From: Eledone cirrhosa
Lineage: Eukaryota
NCBI GenBank assembly: GCA_964016885.1
Contig: OZ024741.1
Location: forward strand, 76,632,001-76,696,000
Reading direction: 5' to 3'
DNA length: 64,000 nt
This document shows positions 26,780 to 39,754 of this stretch, in pieces. Position numbers and translations under genes: made by a program. The first letter of the stretch is position 1; each line of letters begins with the position of its first letter. The notes beneath the pieces were generated by a model that did no database searches, was not told the origin of the DNA, and saw only the letters and a program-made list of their open reading frames with translations.

Positions 26780-27173
26780 GGAGGCACATGGCTTAGTGGT
26801 TAGAGCATTGGGCTTGCAATCGAAAGGTTGTGAGTTCAATTCTCAGACCGGGTGATGTGTTGTTTCCTTGAGAAAGACACTTTATTTCACATTGCTCTAG
26901 TTTACTCAGCTGTAGAAATGAGATGATAGGAACTGGGGTCCATATCATTCCACTGCAAAGTGGTCGTGGAGGTGCCACGGCAAAAAAGCACCTAGCCCAC
27001 ACTGTAAAGTGGACGTGTAGGCGCCACGAAAAAAAAGCACCCAGCACTCACTGTAAATGAGGTTGGTGTTAGGAAGGGCATCTAGCTGTAGAAATCAAGC
27101 CAGAATCAGTTCCCGTCCCACCCTTGCAAGCAGGGAAAAGTGGACGTAAAATGATGATGATGATGATGATGAT
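26780..27173 (+). mobile_element. Copy of the second SINE family
   Basis: Highly similar to 16192-16542, with one extra internal unit of about 44 bp. Confidence 0.85.
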
Positions 27174-27629
27174 GTTCTATAATAAAAATAATATATTTTA
27201 ATATAAAAATACCTTGTCCACTTACTATTTCTAATCATCCAATATCAATACACTTCAAATTTACATTAGTAATTCTCTTTATTGAAATTAAAAAAGGATA
27301 ACCATATTTTTCTATTAAATCAATAAAAAATATTAAATTTTTACCTCTTTTCTTAATGTATTTACTCTAAATAAAATGATCAAATGAATGCCAGTTATGA
27401 TCATACTATCTTATTTTCAGATAATGCATCCAATTCTATTATCTAAATTGTGTCCTTTTTTTAAATAAGATATTAGAGAGTGACTTAAAGTGGAATTTGA
27501 CTGGTTTTATAAGCAAGTTGGGCCATCATGTAAAGGCTACTTTGTTGGCTCGCAGTTTTCCAGTGGGTGTTGTAACTCTGTTTCTTAATAGCGACTCATA
27601 AATATATGATATAAAGAAACTATGCTTAC

Positions 27630-27705
27630 CTTACATATACTATGACACCAACAGACCACATATCTAGCGATCGGTTATATCCTTTACTTTTCAATACTTC
27701 AGGAG
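27630..27705 (-). CDS. PRKD: Protein kinase D exon ([26 protein letters not shown])
   Basis: 76 nt, phase 1-2, tttcag/gtaagc; APE and DMWSVG motifs. Confidence 0.96.
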
Positions 27706-28285
27706 CTGAAAGAAAAAGAAAAAAATAAGATTTAAATTAACAGCCAGTGATACTTGTTACATCAGCCACTCTACCTCACAGGGCTCCTTCCACAGGTTGG
27801 ACGGACACCTTCATTTTTATTAACCTGTTGATGATCATATTTCTAATGAAATACTTAATGCTTGAGTTTTAATTTTGAAAAAATAATTTATTATCTGCAG
27901 ATGAATAAACGAGAAAGAAAATGGAATTAATTTATTTTTCTTCAACACCAAACAAATAATTAATAATATTACAATCGTTGTTACACTGATATATCAATAT
28001 ATAATTATTGTATTTTTTCTTTTTTTTTTTAATGTCAGAATGAATGAAAGAAAATTTTAATCAAGAACTTTGACAAATTCAGCAAAATAACCATTTTTTT
28101 TTTTCATTATCAAGTTGGTGTTTGGAACTTAAGTAAACAAAAGGTTCTTATATCATCTCCCCCTTCTCTTCCTCTATCTCTGAAACATAAAGAGAAGTGG
28201 AGATAGCAGAAGAGGAGGGAAGGGGATGATGAAAGGTTTTAATTTATATATTAACATTTCAAAATGGAGGTGGAGGGGGGGGGGA

Positions 28286-28372
28286 GAAGAAGAAGGAGAA
28301 GGAGAAGAAGAAGAAGAAGACGAAGAAGAAGAAGAAGAAGAAGAAGAAGAAGAAGAAGAAGAAGAAGAAGAA
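28286..28372. repeat. (GAA)n microsatellite
   Basis: Direct reading. Confidence 0.95.
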
Positions 28373-28479
28373 GGCCGTGATGACGACGATGAAGATAATG
28401 TTGTTGTTCCTGCTGCTGCTGTTGTTGTTGTTGAGGAGGAGGAGTGAGGTTTATGAATATTCTAAGATAATAAACTTAC

Positions 28480-28564
28480 CAAGATATGCCGGTGTACCAA
28501 CAACAGATCTCCGGAAGGATTTCTCACCAATGATTCTTGCAAAACCAAAATCACACAATTTAAC
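28480..28564 (-). CDS. PRKD: Protein kinase D exon ([28 protein letters not shown], activation loop)
   Basis: 85 nt, phase 0-1, polypyrimidine plus aag acceptor, gtaagt donor; DFG and both activation-loop serines are present. Confidence 0.97.
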
Positions 28565-28855
28565 CTTGAGGTAGTGAAGGAGAAGTTGAAAAGAAAAGAA
28601 AAAAAAACGAAAAAGAATAATTTCTCACAAGATATATTGGTGTGGTGTGGGGTAAACAGTGGATTATATAGACCCCAGTACTTGATAGGTTGTATATTTT
28701 GTCAACTCTCTCAACCCCAACTCCTTAAGGATGAGAGACAGGGCTGAACACCAGCAGGATTTGAACTCAGAATATCAAGAGATACTAGTAAAATACCCCA
28801 AAATAATTAATTCACTTTGCTGTCTGGCAATGGAATTAGTCGGTCTACCACTCAA

Positions 28856-29300
28856 GAAAAACAAACTAATAATTGTTTCTACTTTTTGGCACAAGGCCAG
28901 CAATTACCCAGTGCATTACTGGTACTTTATTTTATCGACCCCGTAAGGATGAAAGGCAAAGTCAACCTCAGCGGGATTTGAACTCAGATCGTTAAGGGAC
29001 GTAACTATGCTGGAAAGCATGGCATCCGACCCTCCACCGATACTGCCAATCCACCGCCTTTTGTTGAAAAACAAACTAATAATGGTTTCTGATTTATGAA
29101 CAATGGTAACAATTTTTAGGGGGAGGGAAAATTGATTACATCAACCCCAGTGCATTACTAGTACTTTATTTTATCAACCCTGTAAGGATGAAAGGCAAAG
29201 CTAACCTCAGCAGGATTTGAACACAGAATGTAAAGGGCTGTAACTATATGCCACAGGGCATGTTGTCCAACACTCTACCAATGCTGCCAATCCACTGCTC
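28856..29300 (-). mobile_element. SINE with an 18-bp target-site duplication, plus a second adjacent copy
   Basis: gaaaaacaaactaataat flanks the first copy at about 28856 and 29066. Confidence 0.88.
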
Positions 29301-29452
29301 TAAGGGAAACTAATAATGATGATAATAATTGTTTCTATGATAGACACAAAGCCAGAAATTTAGCAAGAATGGGTTAGTCAATTCTATTTACCCCAGTATT
29401 TGACTAATATTTTATTTTATCGACCTGAGAAAATATAAAATTGACCTCGGCT

Positions 29453-29757
29453 GATTGTAAGTCAATGGTTGTCCCCAGTTGTAGGTCAACAGTAGCTCAA
29501 TTGCAGGTCAATAGTAACCCAGTTGTAGGTCAACACTAGCCCAGTTGTAAGTCAACAGTAGCTCAATTGTAGGTCAACAGAAGCCCAGTAATAGGTCAAA
29601 AGTAGTTCAACTGTAGGTCAATAGTAGCCCAGTTGTAGGTCAATACTACCCAGTTGTAAGTCAACAGTAGCTCAATTGTAAGTCAACAGAAGTCAGTTGT
29701 AGGTCAACAGTAGACCAACTGTAAGGTAACAGTAGCCCGGTTGTAGGTCAACAGTAA
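29453..29757. repeat. About 22-bp minisatellite (gttgtaggtcaacagtagccca), about 14 copies
   Basis: tgtaggtcaa/tgtaagtcaa recurs every 21-22 nt. Confidence 0.88.
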
Positions 29758-30532
29758 CACAGATACAAATAAGTGTACACAGGCATGGCTATATGATTAA
29801 GATTCACTTTGTAATCATGAGGTCCCATGTTCAATCACAGCATGGTATTTTGGGCAAGTGTCTTTTAACACAGCCTCATGATGACCCAAATTTTGTGAGT
29901 GAAACTGGGAAAACAGAAACTCAGTGGAAGCCTGTTAGATGGAGTGTAGTTTTAATTCAAAAGGCTAGGTTTGTGACTCACTGTATCACACTGATTGTGA
30001 CTGAGGATTACATAAATGGTGCATATGTCTGTGGAATACTCAGCCACTTACACTGAATAGACAGTTTGGTTGATTAAACAACTGAATGCCAATTGTTAAA
30101 ACTGATAGAGAATCCATATCTGTAAATTACTAGTAACCCAGTCATAAGTCAGTGGCTGTAAGTGGATTTGCTAGTCAACAGGGAAGTCCCCCATTATTCA
30201 CAAGGAGCCAAGCTCTTGCCATATCTGGTTACCTCATTTGCCCAGTCCAGAAGTCTTTAAAAAGTTACAAACACAGTTCTGATGTGTTTGGATTTTGTGT
30301 GATCTTTGTTATAATAATATAAAAAAAAAAAAAAATTCTATCCTTTTATCCATTTCATCAGTGAAGAAGAACCTTACATTTCTACAAGTTAGACTAAATT
30401 TCTATAAAAATGTTACCTATAGATCAAAAGTCAGCTTTAGTAACTAAACTTCAGAGATGCATGTAGAATGGTTTTCTCACAATCGATCAGATAATCAATC
30501 AATCAATCACCATTTCTTGATCTGAAATTTAC

Positions 30533-30631
30533 CTGTGGAAATGGGGATTCTGAAGCAAGTAGCACATTCTCAGGTTTCAAATCACAATGAACAATATTCT
30601 TCAGGTGAAGATGTCTCAGAGCAACAAGGAC
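30533..30631 (-). CDS. PRKD: Protein kinase D exon ([33 protein letters not shown], catalytic loop)
   Basis: 99 nt, phase 0-0, tttag/gtaaat; HCDLKPEN catalytic loop. Confidence 0.97.
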
Positions 30632-31399
30632 CTAAATGACAAAACAAACAAAAGTAAACAAGCTGGATGAACAACAACAATAATTGTTTCTAATTTAGGC
30701 ACAAGGCCAGTAATTTAAGGGAAGGGGAAAGTTGATTATATCAACCCCAGCATGTGGCGATGGGGGATGAGGTGGAGAGTCCAGGTGTATCATTGATACC
30801 GTTATGTGTGTGCAGATGGAATGCATTTTGTGGGTGTGCTTCATTTCTCCTTTGTGTGTGTGATTTGTGTACCATTGATAGAAGTGTGTGTATGTGTGTA
30901 TATCTATGTGTATGTCTGTACATTTTTAAAGTATTTTTTTTGTGTTTGTATACACAAGCATATGTATGTGTATGTTTATGTATGTGTGTGGGTGGGTGCG
31001 TCTTTGTGTGTGTATTCATGTGTGTCTGAATTTTTTATGTACTTTTTATAAGCATGTGTGTATGAGTATGCTTATGTATGAGTGTGTGGGTATGTTTAGG
31101 CAACTTTATGTGGTTATTAGTTTGTGTATGTAAGTGTGTTTATGGATGTGCGTGCATAAGCTTATATGACAGTCTGTATCTGTGTGTGGTAGAATCCAGG
31201 ATTGAACTCAAACTATACAAGAAGGAATGATGAGTAGAAGTGAAAAACTGCTATTTCAGAAAGTGTCCAGAGGAGGGGATTGTGAGTTGGTTGTGTGTAG
31301 CACACAAAGAACAGAAGTGGTATGGCGTGAAGGTATAGTGGCACAGAATAAGGGAGTAGGGTAGATACAAGGGTCACTGTGAGGGTGACCTGTTGTGCC

Positions 31400-31905
31400 T
31401 AATTGTTGTTGTTGTGGTTGTGGTGGTGGTGGTTATGGTGGTGGTGGTGGTGGTTATGGTGGTAGTGGTGGTGGTGATAGTGATAGTGATGGTGGTGGTG
31501 GTGGTGGTAGTGGTGGTAGTAGTGGTGGTGGTAGTGGTGGTAGTAGTGGTGGTGATGGTGATAGTGATGGTGGTGGTGGTAGTGATAGTGATGGTGGTGG
31601 TGGTAGTGGTGGTAGTAGTGGTGGTGGTGATAGTGATGGTGGTGGTAGTGGTGGTAGTAGTAGTGGTGGTGGTGGTGGTGGTAGTGGTGGTAGTAGTGGT
31701 AGTGGTGGTAGTAATTGTTGTGGTAGTGGTGGTGGTGATGGTGGTGATAGTTGTGGTGATAGTGATGGTGGTGGTGATAGTGGTGGTAGTAGTGGTGGTG
31801 ATGGTGGTGATGGTGGTGATAGTGGTGGTGGTTGTAGTTGTGGTATTGGTGGTAGTGGTGGTGGTAGTGGTATTGGTGGTAGTGGTAGTGGTGGTGGTGG
31901 TGGTG
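31400..31905. repeat. (GGT/AGT/GAT)n trinucleotide low-complexity tract
   Basis: Direct reading; it produces the spurious poly-Val and poly-Gly ORFs. Confidence 0.95.
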
Positions 31906-32329
31906 TATGTGTGTACTGATAGTATAGGGGTGTAGTGTTAATGTTTAAGTTGGCTGTGTTAGTATAATCAATTAGTTAATTAGTAGCATTAGTAAAATTA
32001 AACATGTATATTTATCTATGGTCGTGTTGGTGTGTCTACATACTCGTGTGAGTAGGTGTGTTGGTGAAAGTGGTCAAACGGTGCTAGGTGTAGTGCATGT
32101 GTATTGGCGTGAGAGTGTCTGTAAGTATAATTGGTAGCATTAGTAAAATGGAATGTGTATATGTATCTATGGTTGTGTTGGTGTGTGTGTTGTTTTTTGT
32201 ATTTATGTGTGTTTGTGTGTCTATTTACATGTATGAGTGGGTGTTGGAGAAAGTGGTCAAATGATGCTGAGGGTAGTGTATGCATGTTGGTGTGGGAGTG
32301 GATGGAAGGTGGGTGTTGGAAAAGAGCAG

Positions 32330-32539
32330 GCTAAAGGAAGAGAGTCAGGGCATTTAGGCTGTTTCCAGTAAAGGTGTGAAGAGAAAAAGATAATGTGCTG
32401 TTCTCTTCTGAGGTATGAGTCCAGGGTAAGCAATGAGGCCGAAAACTGTGAGGTGGTAGGTGGAGTGTCTGGTGGAATGGAAATGTTGAGTGACTGCTCA
32501 GCAAACTTGTTGTCCGCTAGTCAATGACCGGTTTGTCCA

Positions 32540-32541
<2 letters not shown>
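32330..32541 (-). mobile_element. Degenerate GIY-YIG endonuclease fragment of a Penelope-like element
   Basis: Minus strand reads IGQTGH*LAD..FAE...TVFGL...REQHIIF...SLN, with frameshifts. Confidence 0.6.
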
Positions 32542-32573
<32 letters not shown>

Positions 32574-32810
32574 CTTGACCAGCCACTCTCCAAGATGGCC
32601 GACTGAATACGCACGTGTTTTTTTCTCCCCTTTTTTTCCCTTCATTATTCCCTGTTCCTTCCTTTTATCACTCTTTACTTTCTATTAATCTTTTATTTCT
32701 AAATCTATCTTCAAGCATTTACCAATATATTGCTTCCATCTACTGTGCCGTTTGTTTTGTTATTTCTGTTTACCTTTTACATATATATATATATATACAC
32801 ACATATACAT

Positions 32811-32850
<40 letters not shown>

Positions 32851-32854
32851 GAGA

Positions 32855-32900
<46 letters not shown>

Positions 32901-32992
32901 CCTCCTCCACTTCCTCCAAGTGTGAACCTAATACAACTGTGTAAATTTGCCTCCTGTGTTTTCTTTGTTTCATTTATTAACTATATATATAT

Positions 32993-33023
<31 letters not shown>

Positions 33024-34193
33024 GGGGGGTGTATAAAACAATGTACTCCTGCCTCTCTGAACTTGCTGATTCAGTGCCATCCTTATATATAATAGCATCC
33101 CTTAAAACTCTTTGGCTTCAATCTGCTTTATTCCTATTCTTCACTCCCAACTAAATATTTCCAACACCTCCCACTAAACAGCTTTAACTAAACTTTTCCA
33201 ATTAAACCTCCAAATAAATATCTCCAGCTAAACATCATTGAACCAATAAGCCAACCAATCAACCAATAGACAGATCGGCCAACTGATCAACCAACCATCC
33301 AAATGAAAAAAACCTAAAATGGTCAGTGATTATTTCATGCTTCATAAATATGAATGATCGATCAAATGGCAACATGGTGCATTGGTGTGGTACTATTTTG
33401 AACATATCAAAACAAATTACATTTATTTACAGAGAATATTTAGCAACAAATAATTAAATCAAATAAATAACTGTTAAGAAACAGTCAATTAAAAAACAAA
33501 ACAAAATAAAAAAAAATGTATTAAACAAAATATTAGATATCTAAGGAAAGAAAAATTATATTTCAATATTCCTTTAGTTCATTTGCTGTGTATGAATATA
33601 TACAAGGAGTGGTACTTGGTTGATAGATTACTTGATATGAGATGTTTTAAACCAATGCAATTGTGGAAGGATAAGTTCAGCATTTCAAAAAACACATAAA
33701 AGTTGTTGAATATACATTACTTTTATATCCTAATGTAAAACATTTTCATTACACTGTCTGTGACATGGTCACTGACAGAGTTCCAATGCTATGAAAATTT
33801 ATTACACCAGGAAAAAAATTATAAATGTAAAGTTAGCTTTGTTAATAGGTAAAATGACTCTTCATTAATGGAAAACAGGAATTATTTCAAAAGTCTTGTA
33901 TGGAGCATGAAAAATTAAAGAGGCCTCTCCATAAGACTCTACACTAGTCATGGGAAAACTGCAGCCCACGAACCGCATGTGACCAATTTGGCTTTCTGAA
34001 TGGCACCGCCTAATTTCAAAATTGCCTGGAATTTTTAGTAGCGCGGCCTACTTTTTGATGAGTCACATCCAATGTGGCCCACTGTCCCGAAATATATGTA
34101 GATTCTTCCACTCACCTATGTGAATTTATATTATTATTACAAAATAATAATTAAGTATAATGTAATTGTGAATTTAATAGAAAACTTCAGTAC

Positions 34194-34298
34194 CTGTGAT
34201 ATCACATATTTTGTGACCCGTTCTCCCAGTTTCTTCCGAGGGGTGGACAGAATCATTTCAAGCATATCCCCTTTTAATTTCTCCATCACAACAAAAAT
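34194..34298 (-). CDS. PRKD: Protein kinase D exon ([35 protein letters not shown])
   Basis: 105 nt, phase 0-0, ttttag/gtact; [16 protein letters not shown] motif. Confidence 0.96.
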
Positions 34299-34369
34299 CT
34301 AAAAAGAAAATAAAAAAATGAATAAATAAGATAAATAATTACATTTTAAAAAAACTATCTCTGTAAAGT

Positions 34370-34665
34370 TATGTTGGTACCACAACATCCAGTCCAAACT
34401 AATGAGGTCGTGTAGGTGTCATGAGAAAAAAACACAGTCCACGCTGTAATGTGGCCGTGTAGGTAACACGGTAAAAAGCTCCCAGTCCACACTGTAAATG
34501 TGGTTGGTGTTAGGAAGGGCATCCAGCCGTAGAAAACCTGCCAGATAGTCCTGTATGAGCAAGACACGATCACGCAACCAATCTTGCCTCAAGTGGGACA
34601 ATTTCCGTCTAACCCATGCTAGCGTGGAAGATAGACGTTAAACGATGATGATGATGATGATGATG
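34370..34665 (+). mobile_element. RTE-tail-derived repeat with a (GAT)n tail
   Basis: ggttggtgttaggaagggcatccagccgtagaaa...acccatgctagcgtggaagatagacgttaaacgatgatg. Confidence 0.75.
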
Positions 34666-35223
34666 AATATATTTAAAACTAATGTAAGATTGAAAACAGA
34701 ACCTATTTATATAGTTTCAACTAAGTGTGGATGTGGATGTTATGATGAAGGACATATAAGATAGAATCAAAAAGTGAGCAAGCACTGGGAATCTAAAGAA
34801 AATAATGGTTTCTAATTTAGGCACAAGGCAATTTGTGTGTGTGTGGGGTGGTGGGGGGATGAGGGAATATCAACCCCAATATTTGACTGGTATTTTATTC
34901 TATCAACCCTGGAAGGATGAAAGGCAAAATTGACTGCAGTAGGATATGAATGCAGAATGAAAAGTGAAGGAACAAATACTGCTAAGCATTTTATCCAACA
35001 CTAACGATTCTGCCAATCCACTACAAAATAATAACTTCTAACATAAACACAAGACCAGATAATTTAAGGTAGGAATTAATCAATTATATCATAGCACATT
35101 TTGAATCAACTCTCATCTCCAAAAAAGCAGAAATGAATATTTCATTATGGCAGAATTTGAACTCACAAAGCAATTTACAGTATTCCGTGTCCTACTGATT
35201 CTACCAGCTACCCTAATAGCCTT

Positions 35224-35621
35224 CTAATAGATGTATCAATCCCTACAGACGACAATATATCTTCCAAGGAAATAGAGAAACTCTCCAAATATAAAGATCT
35301 AGAGATAGAAATAACTCAAATGTGAAAAATGAAAACAGAAACAATACCTATAATAAAAGGTGCTCTGGGAATAATAAAAAATACACTGACAAATACATAG
35401 CCAAAACCCAGGACTTACAAATATATACAGCATACATAAGATAGCACTACTAGGCACTGCACACACATATTACGAAAAGTACTATCAATACAATAGAAAC
35501 AACACCAGCAAAAACTACGTTGCTCATACCCAAGGTACACAGAGCTGAGCTCAGTAAAGCAATAATGATGCACAATAATAACAATAATAATAATAATAAC
35601 AATAATAATAATAATAATAAT
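35224..35621 (+). mobile_element. 5'-truncated R4/Dong LINE 3' end with an (AAT)n tail
   Basis: LIDVSIPTDDNISSKEIEKLSKYKDLEIEI..M*K..TIPIIKGALG...IALLGTAH.ILRKVL, the typical RLE C-terminus. Confidence 0.85.
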
Positions 35622-38600
35622 CACCGGTGGTTATGTAACCATGTAACCATACATTCACCAATCCTCGATAAGAGTGTTTAAATGTCGAACCTAAACAGTC
35701 GAATAACGGTGAAGTGGAGACTAGAATGTCATGTGACAGACTCTCACCCAGCAGGTGCTCCCTGGCTCAGCAGCAGGGACCTGGCTGTCAACCAAATACT
35801 GCTGGTGCCGGTGGAAGAAGAAGAAGGAAAGGGACCAGAACCAACTGGACGAAAGAATTGAATAGAACTGTTATGCAATGTTACCTGAAGAGTAACCCCA
35901 AGGAGAAAGGCTATAGGAAACGGATGCATAACATCTGGAACGAGATTGGTCTATTTAAATTAGATGAACAAAAATTGGCCGGGCAGGCTCGGGTAATAAG
36001 AACTAATGGGTGGATAAGCGAGCTGGAACTGGAGGAACTGAGCAGAGAGATTAGCTTGGAAATGGAGAGTGGAGTATGCCAGGCAAACGAACCAGTGGGA
36101 AATGAAGGTGAAGAGGGTGAGAGAACGGAGGAACCATCCGAAGCAGACAATGATCTGAATGCTGAAATAAATAATACCTGGAACAAAGATACGGCCATTG
36201 AGGAGATGAATGCTGACGGGCTAGAACAAGATTTGGTTGATATCCTAAACTTAGTGGTAGATGAATTGAACAATGATAGTGGGAAACCTATGAACCTAAG
36301 ATTTGTAGACAGGAAAAAGTTAAAAGAAACAACAGCTAAGGTAAACAAAGTCATCCCATACCTTGAGGCGAGGAGCCTTCACCAGTGCAACAATATCCTC
36401 AAAGCAACAGCAAATGCAGTGAGGAAATTACTTGGTATAAAAGCGAGAGGAAACAGCAAACAAGAAAGATCAGAGCCTTGGTGGAAGAAACGACTGAGTG
36501 GTCAAATCAGGGAAATGAGAACTGACATTGGAAAGCTTGAGTCCCTACTGAATGGGACATTAAAGAACATAGACACTAAAAATAGACTGGAAATAAAGTA
36601 CAAAACTAGGAGGAAAAAGCTAAATATTATCATAGAGGAACTGAAGCAACGCATTGTAGCAAAGAGTGCAAAAATTAGGCGATACGAGAGCAGAGTCAGT
36701 CAGTATAGACAGAACCGCATCTTTGACAACAACCAGAAGATGCTGTTTGGACAGCTTGAGGGGAAAGAAAGAGGCAACGACTTGATCCCTGAGGCGGAAC
36801 AAACTAAAACATTCTGGAGAGGAATATGGGAGAAGGATGTTAAACATAATGACCAGGCAGTGTGGATTGAGACAGTACAGAAGGAGATTAGTGAACAGGC
36901 ACACCAACAAACTGACTTGAGTATCACAGTTGAAACTCTTAAGGGGCAGGCCAAAAAACTAACCAACAGGAAATCACCAGGCCCAGATGGTGTGCAAGGG
37001 TATTGGATTAAAAATATAACATCCCTCCACCCGAAACTGACAACCATGTTCAATGACTGCTTGATGTCAGGTGAGGTACCAGAGTGGTTGACAAAAGGTA
37101 CCACAGTTCTGGTAATGAAGGACCGAACCAAGGGTAATGATGTTACCAACTATAGACATATCACATGTCTGTCCGTAATGTGGAAACTGTTGACAAGCAT
37201 TATGTCTGAGGAAATCTATCATCACCTCCATACAAACAACTTGTTACCGGACGAACAGAAAGGATGCCGAAAGAAGTCCCGTGGTACAAAGGACCAGTTA
37301 CTTATTGATAAGATGGTAATGAGGAATTGTAAGAGGAGACACATTGGTCTTGCCATGGGATGGATAGACTACAAAAAGGCATTTGACATGGTGCCTCATT
37401 CTTGGATCACCAAAAGCCTGGAGATCTTCAAGGTGGCAGATAACATCAGACAGTTGTTGGGCAAAAGTATGAAGTCCTGGGAAACAGAGTTAACATCAGC
37501 TGGAGAATCCTTGGGAGGCGTGCAGATCAAGAGAGGTATCTTCCAGGGAGATAGTCTGTCCCCTTTGTTGTTTGTCCTTGCCCTGATGCCCCTGACCATT
37601 ATACTGCGAAAAGTGAGAGCAGGATACAAGTTTGGAAAGGGAGAGCTTACCATCAATCACATCCTCTTCATGGACGATCTTAAGCTCTTCGGGAAGAGCG
37701 AGAAGGAGTTGGATGTGCTTGTTGATACTGTCTGTATTTTCAGCAATGATATATGTATGCAATTTGGTATTAGTAAGTGTGGAGTCCTTGTGATGAAGAG
37801 GGGTAAATTGAGCAGAAGCAACGGAATCCAGGTGCTAACAGGTTAGATGATAAAGGAAATTGACACTGAAGAAGGATACAAGTATTTGGGTGTTCTGGAG
37901 GCTGATGACATCAAGAACAAAAAAATGAAGGAATTGATAAGAAATGAATACATTTGGAGAGTAAGGAGCGTATTAAAGTCACATCTGAACAGTAGGAATG
38001 CCATAAGTGCAGTAAATTCCCGAGCTGTGTCTATTATTAGGTACAGTGCGGGAATTCTGAGATGGAATGTTGCTGAACAAAAAGAAATGGATAGGAAGAC
38101 TAGGAAATTATTGACTATCTACAACATGTTCCACAAGAGGAGTGATGTCGATAGACTCTACTTAAGGAGATCTGAAGGTGGAAGAGGTCTTATCAGCATA
38201 GAGGACTGTGTTCAGATGGAGAAAAACAACCTACACAAATACGTGACTGATAGTAAGGAGCCAATGCTCAGAACTGTACTGAAGGAGAGGACAATAGACC
38301 AGGGGATGTCCAGGGAGGAAATAACAACAAGGAGAAAGAGCAGCCTTCAGGAAAAATCCCTTCATAGTACCTTCTTTGAGAAAACTGAATTCAGAGATCC
38401 ACAGACATGGAACTGGTTGAAAAGAGGAGACCTTAAAAAGGCTACAGAAGGAATGTTAATGGCTGTGCAATAGCAGGCCCTCAAAACGAAGTGGTTGAAA
38501 CACTATATTTACAAGGAGGAGGCTAGCCCACTGTGCAGGATCTGTGGAGAGAGAGAGGAGACTGTGGCTCACATTGTATCCGAGTGTAAACACCTAGCCC

Positions 38601-38892
38601 AGACTCACTATAAGGGCTGGAGACATGATGTGATGGGCAGGGTGATCCACTGGCACCTATGCAAAGTAAACAATTTACCACATTCTGAGAAGTGGTATGA
38701 GCATAAGCCAGAGTCGGTGATAGAAAACGATCAGGTGAAGGTGCTATGGGATTTTAGGATACAAACGGACAAGAAACTGGAACACAATAGGCCTGACCTG
38801 GTGGTTTTGGACAAGGAAAAAAGATTGTGCGTGATTGTAGATGTAGCCTGCCCATTTGACACAAGAGTGCAAGAAAAGGAGAGGGAGAAAAT
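35622..38892 (+). mobile_element. R4/Dong-clade non-LTR retrotransposon (RT, CCHC zinc knuckle, restriction-like endonuclease), 3'-truncated, two in-frame stops
   Basis: The ORFs at 35714, 37847 and 38495 share one frame, split by TAG at 37844 and 38471; motifs KSPGPDG, IDYKKAFD, GIFQGDSLSP, FMDDLK, CRIC..ET..HI..C, RHD, RPDLV..D. Confidence 0.93.
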
Positions 38893-38894
38893 TT

Positions 38895-39146
38895 TTTCCC
38901 ATTCCTCAAACTACAAACATATATTCAGAGCGGTCCCATCACTCAGACCATTCTCGCTACATTCACCCACCTTTCAACAAACTTGCTAGAAGACAGCACT
39001 TGCCTCTCCACCCTGATTTTCCTCTTCAAGTGAAACTTGAAAAAGTTAATCAGGGATTCGCCGAAGAGGAAAGTGTCTGTCTTTAACCCTTTCAACCTTG
39101 TCCACCACACAATCTCTTTCGCCATGGCCACCAGGCAGATGAAAAC
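38895..39146 (-). mobile_element. Probable L1/Tx1-type ORF2 C-terminal fragment
   Basis: Minus strand reads VFICLVAMAKEIVWWTRLK...KIRVER...KFVERW (AK..IW..R and F...W pattern). Confidence 0.5.
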
Positions 39147-39359
39147 CGCAATGATGATGATGATGATGATGGTGATGATTTAGGCACAAGCCTTAAAATT
39201 TAGGGGAAAAGTGTAATTGATTTCATCAACCTCAGTACATGACTGCTACTTATTTTACTGATCCTAGAAGAATGAAAGTCTAAGTGGACCTTGGTAGGAT
39301 TTGAACTTAGATCATAAAGGCATGTAACTAAGTACTGTAAGGTTATTTCTCTGACACAC

Positions 39360-39512
39360 TACTGCAATCACGAGCCACATGCGGCCCATTTGACTTTCTG
39401 AATGGCATGCCTAGTTTCAAAATCACCTTGAATTTTTCAATAGTGTGACCCGCCTTATGATGAGCCACATCCTATGTGGCTCACTGCTCGAAAAAGGTTG
39501 CCTATGCTTGCT
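39360..39512. mobile_element. hAT-like MITE remnant nested in a SINE (related copy at 33945-34120)
   Basis: Shared block ccacatgcggccc..ctttctgaatggca..gatgagccacatcc.atgtggc.cactg; the end aaggttgcctatgcttg resembles hAT TIRs. Confidence 0.55.
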
Positions 39513-39640
39513 CTACTGATTCTGCCAATTTACTGTCTTCAATAACAATAATAATATTTCTTTCTTGTCATATCCACAGAATGGTGATGAAAGGAATAGT
39601 GGGACCACAATGTGAATGCTTTAACTCCTTCACACAGATG

Positions 39641-39714
<74 letters not shown>

Positions 39715-39722
39715 AGAGAGAA

Positions 39723-39754
<32 letters not shown>

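Noticed and set aside
28226-28447. Poly-Glu ORF
   Set aside because: (GAA)n intronic microsatellite.
31393-31935. 180-aa poly-Val and 174-aa Gly/Ser-rich ORFs
   Set aside because: Translations of a (GGT/AGT)n tract inside a PRKD intron; no splice or domain support.
35622-35715. Possible HDV-like ribozyme at the R4 5' end (ttcacc/ggtgaa pairing, tcctcg loop-like motif)
   Set aside because: I could not build P1 and P3 helices; it needs a family consensus and a descriptor search.
37844-38473. Programmed read-through of the two in-frame TAG stops in the R4 ORF
   Set aside because: The simplest explanation is nonsense mutation in a dead, 3'-truncated copy.
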